From an uncultured Sphingomonadaceae bacterium (GTDB lineage: Bacteria; Pseudomonadota; Alphaproteobacteria; Sphingomonadales; Sphingomonadaceae), in the NCBI GenBank assembly GCA_964247375.1, contig CAXTUG010000001.1, positions 13,077-58,796 of the forward strand: DNA of 45,720 nt, read 5' to 3'. Position 1 is the first letter of the stretch; every line of letters starts with the position of its first letter. A program made the translations under genes and the position numbers. The notes below the pieces were generated by a model. That model was not told the origin of the DNA. It saw only the letters and a program-made list of their open reading frames with translations, and did no database searches. Of this stretch, positions 18,042 through 27,171 are shown one piece after another.

Positions 18042-19061
18042 CGCGCCGCCACGTCGTAACGGGTGGCGCCGGCTTCGTCGGCTGCGAACTCGTGGCCGCG
18101 CTGCTGGCGGGCGGCGAGAAGGTCGTGGTGTTCGATACCGCTTGCGGAGCGTTGCCGGGAGTCGAGCATATCCAGGGCGATGTGCGCCGTGCCGAAGATC
18201 TCGCGCGCATCCAATTGACGGCGGACGACATCGTGCATCATCTCGCCGCGCGTCAATTTCACGGGCCGGTTCCGCATCGGGGGCGCGACGCTTGGTTCGC
18301 CTCTGTCAACGAGGGCGGCACAATCCGCCTGCTTGAGGCGATGGAGCGGGGTGGCGCCCGGCGCCTCGTCTTCGACCGACATGACCTACGGAGTGCCGCA
18401 GCAATCACCGCTGCCGCCGACCCACCCGCAACGCCCGATCGGTGCATATGGCCGGAGCAAGCGTTCCGCGGAGCAGGCGATCGCGCGTGCGACCGCGGCG
18501 TTCGGATTACAGGCGACGATATTCCGCCCGCGATTGATCGCCGGAGCCGGGCGGCTCGGGATCCTGGCCAAGCTCTTCCGCCTGATCGAGCGCGGCCTGC
18601 CCGTGCCGATGATCGGTTCCGGCGCCAACCGCTATCAGATGGTCGCGGTATCCGACTGCGTTGCCGCGGCGTTGCAGGCCGTGGCGCTGGATTGTCCTGC
18701 AGGCCCCTTCAACCTCGGTTCGGATGCTCCGCCGCCCGTTCGCGATCTGCTCCGAAAACTGATTGAGCGCGCCGGCTCCAGCTCGCGGCTGCTGCCGACC
18801 CATGCTGCGGCCGTCAAGACTACCCTGGCTATGCTGGATACGCTCGGCCTGACGCTGCTCCATCCCGAGCAGTACCGGATCGCGGATATTGACTACGTTC
18901 TCGATACTGCGTCGACGCAAGCCGCGCTGGGATGGAAGCCGAGCCGCAGCGACGCCGATATCATTTTCGAGGCATACGATTATTTTGCTCAGGCGTCGTC
19001 GGGCGGAAGCGTGGCGGCCGTTCCATCCGGCACGGTTGCGACCTCTTCCTCCTCAAGCTGA
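18038..19061 (+). pseudogene. NAD-dependent epimerase/dehydratase (extended SDR) split by a frameshift near 18374
   Basis: The frame from GTG 18038 gives VVTGGAGFVG...RRLVF. The expected continuation TDMTYG...YGRSK...RPRLIAGAGRLG lies in another frame ending at 19061. Could be a real lesion or a sequencing error. Confidence 0.85.
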
Positions 19062-19201
19062 GGCACCGCCTTCTCGCGTAGGTCCGACGCCGTTGCTCCA
19101 AAACGGAAGGAGCGAAGCGACGCCCTGCCGGTTCATCAGGCATACTGGCTGCGGGCAGCCTCGCTCGGCCGTAGGGCTGCGGCATATAGCCCGGAAGGAT
19201 A

Positions 19202-20401
19202 ATGTTCGTATCCCGCACAACGGCTTACACGAAGAAAACTCCGAAACGGAGAGGGGGGGTCGTGCTGCTTGCCGATGCGCCACGCGGAGCCGATCTCCCA
19301 CGCGAGCGGGCGCGGCCGGAACCCGTGCGGGGCAGAAGCCGGGAGACCGACACGGGACTGAACGTCGCCATCCATGGAATGCGGGGCATTGCCTCCATGA
19401 TGGTCCTGCTGGCGCATATCATCGGCGGCACAGCCCGGCACATCTACCCGCACGACGCCGATTATGTCCGTCTTATCACCCGCCCCTGGAACTTCGGCAC
19501 GTTCGGCGTCGAGATCTTCTTCGTGGTTAGTGGCTTCGTGATTCTGCCGAGTGCGATGCGCTACAGCGCTGGACAGTTCGCTCTGCGCCGCTTGCTGCGC
19601 CTCTATCCGCTGTTCTTCACATTGTCCTTGCTGTTTGTGGCGCTGAACCATTTCACGAATGCCTATCCGGATTTGACCAGTGCGCGGAGCATCTTGGCCG
19701 CATTCCTGTTCATGAACTTGTTCACGGGCACGGAGCAGCTGACCCCGAATGCGTGGAGTCTGAGCTTCGAGGTTGCTTTCTATGTTCTCACGGCGCTCGT
19801 TGTGAATGCGGGCGTGAAAAGGCACAGCATCGCCGGCGGAACGGCGGCGTGCCTGATCGTCATGGCCTTCCTGCTGGCATTTCCCATCACCATCTACTTT
19901 CTGATAGGGGTCGCCATGCGCATCACAGGCCGCGAGAAGCTGCTGGCCACCGCTACGTCACGAACGATCGAAGCGATGAGCCTGGCACTGCTGGTCGTCG
20001 TCGCCAGCCGCGCACATTTCGATTATACGAACTGGGCACAGTTCCGGGATCCGACCGTGCCAATGATTGTCGCCTTGATCACGACCTTCTTCGGCGCGGC
20101 GCTGATGCGCAACAGCCTTACTGCCGTGCTGCTCGACCGGCGGCCTTTCATTTATCTCGGCAACGTGAGCTACAGCCTCTATCTCGTGCATCCGTTCATC
20201 TATTTCGCCGCGCGCGCAATCTTCGTCCACGAACACTGGTTCACGGACGACGTGGCGCTTTCGCTGATCTGCTTTTCCGTGGTGGTCGTCATCAGTTCGC
20301 TGCTCGCGACCAACATCGTGCATCGCTGGCTGGAAGTGTGGCCGTATGAGGCGTTCTTTCACCAGCGGGTTTACCGCACGCAGGCGAGGCAGGGAGGATG
20401 A
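19202..20401 (+). CDS. Acyltransferase family 3 (OafA-like membrane O-acyltransferase)
   Basis: GMRGIA...H, GVEIFFVVSGF, RRLLRLYP, AWSLSFE and LGNVSYSLYLVH. True start may be downstream. Confidence 0.92.
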   Translation: MFVSRTTAYTKKTPKRRGGVVLLADAPRGADLPRERARPEPVRGRSRETDTGLNVAIHGMRGIASMMVLLAHIIGGTARHIYPHDADYVRLITRPWNFGTFGVEIFFVVSGFVILPSAMRYSAGQFALRRLLRLYPLFFTLSLLFVALNHFTNAYPDLTSARSILAAFLFMNLFTGTEQLTPNAWSLSFEVAFYVLTALVVNAGVKRHSIAGGTAACLIVMAFLLAFPITIYFLIGVAMRITGREKLLATATSRTIEAMSLALLVVVASRAHFDYTNWAQFRDPTVPMIVALITTFFGAALMRNSLTAVLLDRRPFIYLGNVSYSLYLVHPFIYFAARAIFVHEHWFTDDVALSLICFSVVVVISSLLATNIVHRWLEVWPYEAFFHQRVYRTQARQGG

Positions 20402-21717
20402 TCCATCAGCTTCCGTTGCGCCTGCCCCGGCGCCGTTTACTGGTCGGCACCGGGTGGGGGATCCCGTTCGCGAGCCTGGCCGGAGTGTTCCTGTCTTGCT
20501 ATCTTACCTGGCGTCCAATCTCGGACGTCATGTTTACGCTCAGCGATGCATTGTTTCTGATCGGACTGGCTCAGCTCGCCTATCGGCGCCGCCTGCCGTT
20601 GGAGCCGTTTCGCTTCTTGACGCCCGTCTGGATGGGCGGGCTGATGATGCTGATCCTCGGTCTCCTGATCGGATCGGTGAATGCGCCCGATCCGACCCGT
20701 TGGCCGATCGTCGCAAGCCAGTATGTGTTCGCTTGGTTCGTCCTGCCGATGATCCTGCTCGGTCACGGAGAAGCGAACACGATCCGGATGCTGAAGGCAT
20801 TCGTATGGGGCGTCTTCGCGATGAATCTGTTCGGCGCGATCATCTACTTCACGTACAGCGGCACGTTCCTGGAGGCGCGCGCGCTGCTCGGGCTGGATTT
20901 CCTCTCCGGCGGCCGCCGATTGGGTGCGTTCGCGAGCGATGCCAACTGGAATGGTGCCGTGCTGGCGATGGCCGTGCCCGCCGCGCTCTACCTTCGGGCG
21001 AAGAATGCGGTGAGCCTGGTCCAGATTCTGGCCTGGCTCGCTGTCCTGCTGCTCGGCGTGATGCTGTCGGCCTCGTTTACGGCCTTCATGTGCTGTGTGT
21101 TCGCGCTCGTGGTCTTCGCCGCGACCAGCCCGCTGCGCATCGCGCCCAAGCAATTCGCGATCGGAATGGGTATCGCGATAGTCGCGGCACTCGCGCTGAT
21201 GTCGGTCAATGACGGCCTTTTTCTTCCCAAGACTTTCATGGCCCGCGTCGGCAATGCCGTCGGCAACGGCGACATTTCGGAAGCAGGGACGTTCGAGGGG
21301 CGGATGGAACTGATGGAAGAGGCATGGGCGATGGTCAATCGCCACACCTTCGTCGGCCTTGGCGCAGACCAGTTCCGCGTCGTCAGCGAGCAGAAGGCGC
21401 CCGTCCACAACATGTACATGCTGCTGTGGGTCGAGGGTGGTGTGATCTCTCTGTTCGGCTGGATCACGATGCAGCTTGTTCCATTCATCGCTGCGGCACG
21501 GGCGTATCGGCGGGACCGGACGGCGGCTGCCCTGACGCTTTCCACGGCAGTGACGTTCGTTATCGCTTCTACAGCGAGCCCGCACATGTATGCCAGGCTC
21601 TGGTCGACGCCGATCCTGCTAGCGCTTGCCGCATCGCTCAACGTCGCGGCGAACGTGCGGCTGGACCGGCGAAGGAGCCGGTTCGATCGCCTGGACGGAG
21701 CATCGATCGCTGCATGA
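20398..21717 (+). CDS. O-antigen ligase/Wzy polymerase family membrane protein
   Basis: Multi-TM; RLGAFASDAN, GR...W...GLG and PVHNMYMLLWVEGG Wzy_C signature. Confidence 0.85.
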   Translation: MIHQLPLRLPRRRLLVGTGWGIPFASLAGVFLSCYLTWRPISDVMFTLSDALFLIGLAQLAYRRRLPLEPFRFLTPVWMGGLMMLILGLLIGSVNAPDPTRWPIVASQYVFAWFVLPMILLGHGEANTIRMLKAFVWGVFAMNLFGAIIYFTYSGTFLEARALLGLDFLSGGRRLGAFASDANWNGAVLAMAVPAALYLRAKNAVSLVQILAWLAVLLLGVMLSASFTAFMCCVFALVVFAATSPLRIAPKQFAIGMGIAIVAALALMSVNDGLFLPKTFMARVGNAVGNGDISEAGTFEGRMELMEEAWAMVNRHTFVGLGADQFRVVSEQKAPVHNMYMLLWVEGGVISLFGWITMQLVPFIAAARAYRRDRTAAALTLSTAVTFVIASTASPHMYARLWSTPILLALAASLNVAANVRLDRRRSRFDRLDGASIAA

Positions 21718-22859
21718 CGGAGCAGACGCGGCCGCTTCACGTCGCGCTGGTGATAGCAGGTCTCGGCGCCGGTGGCGCAGAGCGGGTGATCAGTCTGCTC
21801 GCAAAGGCGTGGGCCGACCGCGGCTATCGCATCACGCTCATCGCCTTCGACGCGCCGGATGCCCCTGTCTTCCATGAAATCGACGGGAGAGTCGAGCTGG
21901 TAAGGCTTGGTATTGCGCCCGGCAACGGCGGCCTCGGCGGGCTCATCGCCACGCTGCGCCGTCTCCTAGCCCTTCAGCGGAGCTTAAGGGCGTGCGACCC
22001 CGACGTCGCAGTCGCTTTCCTCACCAAGGTCAGCGTGCTCACGCTGCTTGCCGGTCTCTCCAGCCGATGCCCGATCATCGTCTCCGAGCGGAACAATCCC
22101 CGACTGCAACGTGCCAACAGCCTGTGGCGGTTGGCATTTCGCTGGCTGTGCCGGCGTGCCGACGCGATCGTTCTGCAAACGCGGGCAAGCATCGAAGCCG
22201 TCCCGCGATCCTCGCGTGGGCGCGTCAGCATCATCGCCAATCCGATCGCGATCGGAACTTCGGCGCGACGCACCGAAACCAAGCTGACATGCGTCGCTAC
22301 GGGGCGGCTGACGTGGCAGAAAGGATTCGACCTCCTGATCGAGGCTTTCGCCCGGATCGCCATGCGACACCCTGGTTGGCAGCTCACAATCTGGGGCGAG
22401 GGAGAGCGACGGAGCGCACTCCAGGGTCAGATCGATGCGAGCGGCTTCACTGACCGAATCCTGCTGGCCGGAAACAGCGCCTCTCCGGAAGAGTGGGTCG
22501 CGCAGGCCGATGCATTCGCGCTGCCCTCGCGCTTCGAAGGTTTTCCGAACGTATTGGGGGAGGCGATGGCGGCCGGGCTTCCCGTCATCGCCTTCGATTG
22601 CGCCTACGGACCCGCCGATCTGATCACGGCCGAGCTGGACGGACTGCTCGTGCCCGATGGCGACGTCTCCGCACTGGCGGCGGCGCTCGACCGGCTGCTC
22701 GGCGACGAGGTGCTCAGGTCGCGGCTCGGTGCTGCGGCACGCGCCGTTGCACATCGCCTGCAGCCCGACGCGATCGCGGCGCAGTGGGATGCCGTGCTTG
22801 CGGCCGCCATCCTGCCAAGAGCATCGGGCCTGAAATCCGAACCAAATTTCTTCGTTTAG
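21714..22859 (+). CDS. Glycosyltransferase family 4
   Basis: ATGA overlap; GGAERV, VSERN, GRLTWQKGFD and EGFPNVLGEAM (E-X7-E). Confidence 0.93.
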   Translation: MTEQTRPLHVALVIAGLGAGGAERVISLLAKAWADRGYRITLIAFDAPDAPVFHEIDGRVELVRLGIAPGNGGLGGLIATLRRLLALQRSLRACDPDVAVAFLTKVSVLTLLAGLSSRCPIIVSERNNPRLQRANSLWRLAFRWLCRRADAIVLQTRASIEAVPRSSRGRVSIIANPIAIGTSARRTETKLTCVATGRLTWQKGFDLLIEAFARIAMRHPGWQLTIWGEGERRSALQGQIDASGFTDRILLAGNSASPEEWVAQADAFALPSRFEGFPNVLGEAMAAGLPVIAFDCAYGPADLITAELDGLLVPDGDVSALAAALDRLLGDEVLRSRLGAAARAVAHRLQPDAIAAQWDAVLAAAILPRASGLKSEPNFFV

Positions 22860-22900
22860 CGCATCGAGCCTGAAATCTGGACCAAACCTCCTGCGTTCGT
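22821..22900. repeat. Imperfect tandem direct repeat, 2 x 40 bp
   Basis: GCATCGGGCCTGAAATCCGAACCAAATTTC... at 22821 and GCATCGAGCCTGAAATCTGGACCAAACCTC... at 22861. Confidence 0.75.
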
Positions 22901-22968
22901 GTCGAGCGAAGTCGAGAACCGGCCTCGGCTGCCTCGGCAATGCCCCTCGACATCGCTCGGAGTGAACG
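22894..22968. repeat. REP-like extragenic palindromic element between convergent genes
   Basis: Arms CGTTCGTGTCGAGCGAAGTCGAG and CTCGACATCGCTCGGAGTGAACG form an imperfect 23-bp inverted repeat. Confidence 0.7.
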
Positions 22969-23027
22969 GATCACCTATATCGCACGATGGGTAGGTTCGG
23001 CGTAGATGCTGCCTTGCAGCGGCCGCA

Positions 23028-24380
23028 TCACGGTTGGCGGTGCGCGGCGGCAAGGAGCTGCCGATGCCGGAAATCGAGGAATTCGTCGAGATTGCTCCAG
23101 CCGTTATGATCCGCATCTCCCCAGGCGTCCGGCACGCGGGGGTTGGTACCGTGGGCCTTCTCCCAATCGTCCGACATGCCGTCCCCGTCGCTGTCGACAT
23201 AAGGTTGACCCGATCGCATCGGCGGCAGTGACCCGAACGTGCTGACGATATGCCCGGTCCGTGTGGCAACCTCGTGCAGGATCCGGATGTCGACCGCGTC
23301 GCGGGGGAGAGCGCCCGAGTGGGCCAGCACCTCGCCATAGGCATCCTGCGCGCTCGTTACCGGTACGGTGAGCGGGCAAGGGGGCGCAGGAACGCGGATG
23401 CCGGCCACGCCGGCATTTTCCGGCAATACGCCGTCGAACAAATTGCCCTTGTCGTACAGCCGTGCCCGTCCGGTGCTGCCTACCGACTGCTGCACCAAGG
23501 CATGGGCAGAGCCGGCCTTCGTGTCGGGTCCGGCTCGATAGTAATTGCCGAGCACGCTGACCGGCGAACCGCCATAGCTCGCCCAGATTTCGGTAAATTC
23601 GAAGACGCCGTTGTAGAGAACGTTGTTGACCACCTCCACGCACGATCCCGGTGGGACGTTCACGTCGGGATTGCGGTCGCCGTTGTGAGCGCACAGATTG
23701 TGCAAGAAACTGATGCGTTGTGGGCCCTTCGGATCGCTCGCGAGCAGCGCGCACTTGTCGTGCTTGGGGATGCCTTCCGCGAAGATGGAGTTGGCGATCG
23801 TGATCTCGTCATTCTGCGCGTAGCCGCCGACATTCTCGTCGAGCGACCAGGACGTGCTGACGTGATCCAGGATCACGCGGCGGCTCCCCTCGATGATGAT
23901 GCCGCTGTTTGCCTCGCGCTGCTTGCCGCGACGGTCGGGCCGGACGCGGATATCGCGGATGACCACGTCGTGCGTGTTCTTGATGACCAGCGGCGTAAAG
24001 GCATTCGCGCCGCCGGCATGCGTCAGCAGAATACCGTCGCCTGGGGCGGTCTGACCCGCGATCGTTATGTACGGGTGCGCGATGATCGGTCGTTCCGTGG
24101 TATAGCGGATCACGCCGCCGACGCGGAAGATGCAGACCCGCGGGCCAAGGGCATCGATGCAGGCGCGAAGCGAGCCTGGTCCCCTATCGGCCAGCGTCGT
24201 CACCGCTATGATCCGGCCGCCGCGGCCGCCGCTCGCGAGCCTGCCATAGCCTTGCGCGCCGGGGAACGCCTCCTTCGCCGGCGCGGCTTGCGCTGCGACC
24301 AGATGCAGGCCCAGGGCAGCAAACAGGATCATTCGTAGGTGACGAACGCATTCCGATCTGGTCATAACAGGCCCGATCAT
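23028..24380 (-). CDS. Pectate-lyase-like (PL1-type beta-helix) polysaccharide lyase, exported
   Basis: Signal-like N-terminus; AFPGAQGYG..GGRGG, GPGSLR, IAGQTAPG, DHVSTSWSLDE, DRNP; C-terminal DSDGDGMSDDWE. The ORF-track extension to 24752 overlaps the next gene and was not used. Confidence 0.88.
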   Translation of the reverse strand: MIGPVMTRSECVRHLRMILFAALGLHLVAAQAAPAKEAFPGAQGYGRLASGGRGGRIIAVTTLADRGPGSLRACIDALGPRVCIFRVGGVIRYTTERPIIAHPYITIAGQTAPGDGILLTHAGGANAFTPLVIKNTHDVVIRDIRVRPDRRGKQREANSGIIIEGSRRVILDHVSTSWSLDENVGGYAQNDEITIANSIFAEGIPKHDKCALLASDPKGPQRISFLHNLCAHNGDRNPDVNVPPGSCVEVVNNVLYNGVFEFTEIWASYGGSPVSVLGNYYRAGPDTKAGSAHALVQQSVGSTGRARLYDKGNLFDGVLPENAGVAGIRVPAPPCPLTVPVTSAQDAYGEVLAHSGALPRDAVDIRILHEVATRTGHIVSTFGSLPPMRSGQPYVDSDGDGMSDDWEKAHGTNPRVPDAWGDADHNGWSNLDEFLDFRHRQLLAAAHRQP

Positions 24381-24400
24381 CCTCAACGCTCCTTCGGCCC

Positions 24401-25639
24401 TCAATAGGCCAGCCGAATGCCGAGGCTTGTCTGCCAAGTGTTGAAGCGATCCTCGACGAAGTCTGCTCCGCGATGCGTGTAATTTGAATTCAGCGCCAGC
24501 CAGACGTGCCGGCGTACGAGGTAGCGGATCTCGGCATCGCCGACCGTATAGCGCTGATTGCGATCGATCGTACCGCGATAGTGGACGTTGCGCAGTCCGA
24601 TCGAGCCGTGGAGCAGCAGGTTGTGCCGCGCCTCCTGGTCGATCGCGATGCTCGCACGCGTATCCACCCGTCCGGTCGCGCCGACGCGCACCGAAGCGAC
24701 GTCGCCACGGAACATGTCCAGCACGATGTCGGTCCGCCGCTGGGGATGCCACGAAACATGGCCGCTTGCTGCGACGCCGGTGAAGCCCTGAAGGCGGCGA
24801 TCATCAGGATTTGCGTGGAAGACGCCGATGGCGATGTCGCCTTCCAGCTTACCGGTGGCGCTGAACTGCAGGCCCGCCAGTCCGCCGACGGTGGTTGCAT
24901 CGCGATCGAACCCGCTTCGGTCCAGCGACAGGCGATTATCGCGGCGCGATATGAAGCCTTCGAGGAAGGTGGCGACCGCCGGTCCGGCCGCGTAAAGCGC
25001 GCGAAGCGAGCCGCGATAGGTCCTCAGATCGCGGTCGGCATCCGCCGATGGGAGATAGTTGATGTCGAGCGCCGTAAACCGCGCAACAACCCCAATACGA
25101 GGGCCGCTGACCGCGTAGCGCAGTTCGCCGGACGTTAGATTGATCAGGGCCGGCGGCCGCGTCCGATCGAGATCGGCTTCAGGATCGCTGCGGCGCTGGT
25201 ATGTGCGATCGAATGCCGCGTCGGCGAACAGGTTCTGTCCTTTGGCCAGCGGCTTCGTCGCGCCGAGTTCCGCGCCGAAGGTGGTAACGTTCTCGCGCGT
25301 GTTCGACGCGTAGCGGATAATATCGGCGTGGACGTTGCCGACCAAGTCGAGAAGGGCGTCTTTGTGCTCGAACCCGATGCGCGGCCGTATGTTGAACACC
25401 GCATCGTCGATCCGGTCGGTGTGCGTAGCGGCGATGTTGTCGTTGTACGCAGCAACGAGATCCAGCGTCGGCGCGATAACCAAGCCGCCTAGCCTGATCG
25501 TGCGCATTTCGAATCCGGGCCGCGGAAGATTGGCCACGCCGACATCCGCCTGCTGAGCCTGGGCGGCGGCCTGACTGGAGCACAGAAGCGCGATTGCGGT
25601 TGCGATCGCCGTTATAGGAGGATCGAAATGTGAAATCAC
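24401..25639 (-). CDS. Outer-membrane beta-barrel protein associated with polysaccharide export (BBP2/DUF2320-like)
   Basis: Signal peptide, YNDNI motif, alternating beta-strand pattern, C-terminal aromatic residue (IRLAY); adjacent to the OPX gene. Confidence 0.85.
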   Translation of the reverse strand: MISHFDPPITAIATAIALLCSSQAAAQAQQADVGVANLPRPGFEMRTIRLGGLVIAPTLDLVAAYNDNIAATHTDRIDDAVFNIRPRIGFEHKDALLDLVGNVHADIIRYASNTRENVTTFGAELGATKPLAKGQNLFADAAFDRTYQRRSDPEADLDRTRPPALINLTSGELRYAVSGPRIGVVARFTALDINYLPSADADRDLRTYRGSLRALYAAGPAVATFLEGFISRRDNRLSLDRSGFDRDATTVGGLAGLQFSATGKLEGDIAIGVFHANPDDRRLQGFTGVAASGHVSWHPQRRTDIVLDMFRGDVASVRVGATGRVDTRASIAIDQEARHNLLLHGSIGLRNVHYRGTIDRNQRYTVGDAEIRYLVRRHVWLALNSNYTHRGADFVEDRFNTWQTSLGIRLAY

Positions 25640-25666
25640 GGTGATCGCTGCGACGCCCTTCCCTGA

Positions 25667-26242
25667 CTAGAGCCAGCGTTCCCGAACGAGGATGATATCG
25701 CCGGGAAAAATGGGGGTAGCGGACGTCGCCCGGCCCCTCGTAGCGCCGCGTGTCACGACCGCGGAGCGATTGTCGGCGCGGAAGGTAAATCCGCCGGCGA
25801 TCGACACTGCCGTCATCAGCGACATGCCCGGAACGAACGGATATTGCCCGGGATGCTGCACTTCGCCGGAAATGAAGAATGGCCGGTAGGTCTGCACCTG
25901 AACGCTGACGCTGGGAGCCTGAATGATATGCCGTTCGCGCAATCCGTCGGCAACGGCCGCTTCGGCGTCGCGGAGCGTTTTGCCGTCCACCTTGATCGGG
26001 CGGAGCATCGGCAACGCGATTGTGCCTGTGTCGTCGACGCGGTAGCTGTTGTCGATTGTGGTCAAACCCGCCACGCTGACCCGGATCTCGTCCCCCGGAC
26101 CAAGCCGATAGGGGGAGGGCTGCTTCATGGGCAGCTCCGCCAGGTGCACGTCTTGGCTCGCGCAGCCTAGCGTCAGGGCGCACAGGAAAATTGGCCACGC
26201 GCGTGACGGCCTTTTAAGCACTCCCCCGCTCCCCCCTCGCAA
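25667..26242 (-). CDS. Polysaccharide export protein, short OPX/Wza-like lipoprotein (Poly_export + SLBB)
   Basis: Lipobox LTLGC; YRLGPGDEI, GEVQHPGQY, AGGFTFRA and PGDII. No C-terminal Wza helix. Confidence 0.92.
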   Translation of the reverse strand: MRGGSGGVLKRPSRAWPIFLCALTLGCASQDVHLAELPMKQPSPYRLGPGDEIRVSVAGLTTIDNSYRVDDTGTIALPMLRPIKVDGKTLRDAEAAVADGLRERHIIQAPSVSVQVQTYRPFFISGEVQHPGQYPFVPGMSLMTAVSIAGGFTFRADNRSAVVTRGATRGRATSATPIFPGDIILVRERWL

Positions 26243-26261
26243 TCAAACCAAATAAAACCTA

Positions 26262-27170
26262 CTATAGTCTCGTATCCGCGGCGAGCGCGAAATTCGCTTC
26301 CGTAACCGACACGAGATCAGAATTCTGTGCGTTTCGGGCTTCTCGGTCCTGTAGCCAAGCTGACAAGTCGCGATCGAGCATAACTTCCAGCATTTCTATG
26401 TCCTGCCGGTAGTAATCGCGTAGCCTGTTCGCCAGCGGCTTGCCCAGTGGCGGATAGACGACGGGGCGAACCATCGAGCGGTGGATACGTGCGAACAGCC
26501 GGTTTGCCCTCAGTGGATCGAGGAGAGGCCGTGCAGGGCGCAGCGCCCGGCGCAAAGGCAGGGGCAGCATAGGGCTGCGGCTGTCGTTGCTCGGTTTGCG
26601 AAGCTCGGCACGGGACATGTGGTGCGGGATGGCGAGGTGATCGCAAACTTCGCGCATGACGCCTTCAGGATCGAGCAGGACAGCTTCGTAGAAGAAGATC
26701 TTCAGCCGGGCGTGAGGCAGCCGCTCATTGAGCCGACGGATATGATCGGCGTAGAGGCCACCACGGAGGAAACGCTGGTCGGATGCCCGATCAGGGTCGA
26801 GATAGCGCCCGGGATCGCCGCCCACCGCACCACGCCGGAACAGCATGCAATAGTCCGAATAGGCGCGCGCCACGGGATCGCGGAGTTGCGCGATCATCGG
26901 GATTTCCGGCAATGTAACGGCAATGCGCGCCGCAGCCTCCGGGTGAGCCAGGTAATCGGCGGATTTTTCGCCAACGATGCTGTTTGCGGGCGCTTCGGCG
27001 AACAGCCCGCGATACCAGTCCAGGCCGCGATCAAATTCGGTGCTGAAGAAGTGGGGCTCGGCCTTGGGCAGCCACAGCGCGGGATGGTGGCGGAGCTGCT
27101 CCGAGATCCAGGTCGTAGCGGCCTTGACCGCACCGATCACCATGAAACTCGGGAGACGCGGATCGCCCAT
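26262..27170 (-). CDS. PAPS-dependent sulfotransferase
   Basis: 5'-PSB motif GAVKAATT, EPHFF, GEKSADY and 3'-PB motif LRDPVARAYSDY. Confidence 0.9.
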   Translation of the reverse strand: MGDPRLPSFMVIGAVKAATTWISEQLRHHPALWLPKAEPHFFSTEFDRGLDWYRGLFAEAPANSIVGEKSADYLAHPEAAARIAVTLPEIPMIAQLRDPVARAYSDYCMLFRRGAVGGDPGRYLDPDRASDQRFLRGGLYADHIRRLNERLPHARLKIFFYEAVLLDPEGVMREVCDHLAIPHHMSRAELRKPSNDSRSPMLPLPLRRALRPARPLLDPLRANRLFARIHRSMVRPVVYPPLGKPLANRLRDYYRQDIEMLEVMLDRDLSAWLQDREARNAQNSDLVSVTEANFALAADTRL

Positions 27171-27171
27171 G

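Noticed and set aside
22821-22968. Possible mini-CRISPR array
   Set aside because: Only two degenerate, nearly abutting copies with no proper spacer and no cas genes.
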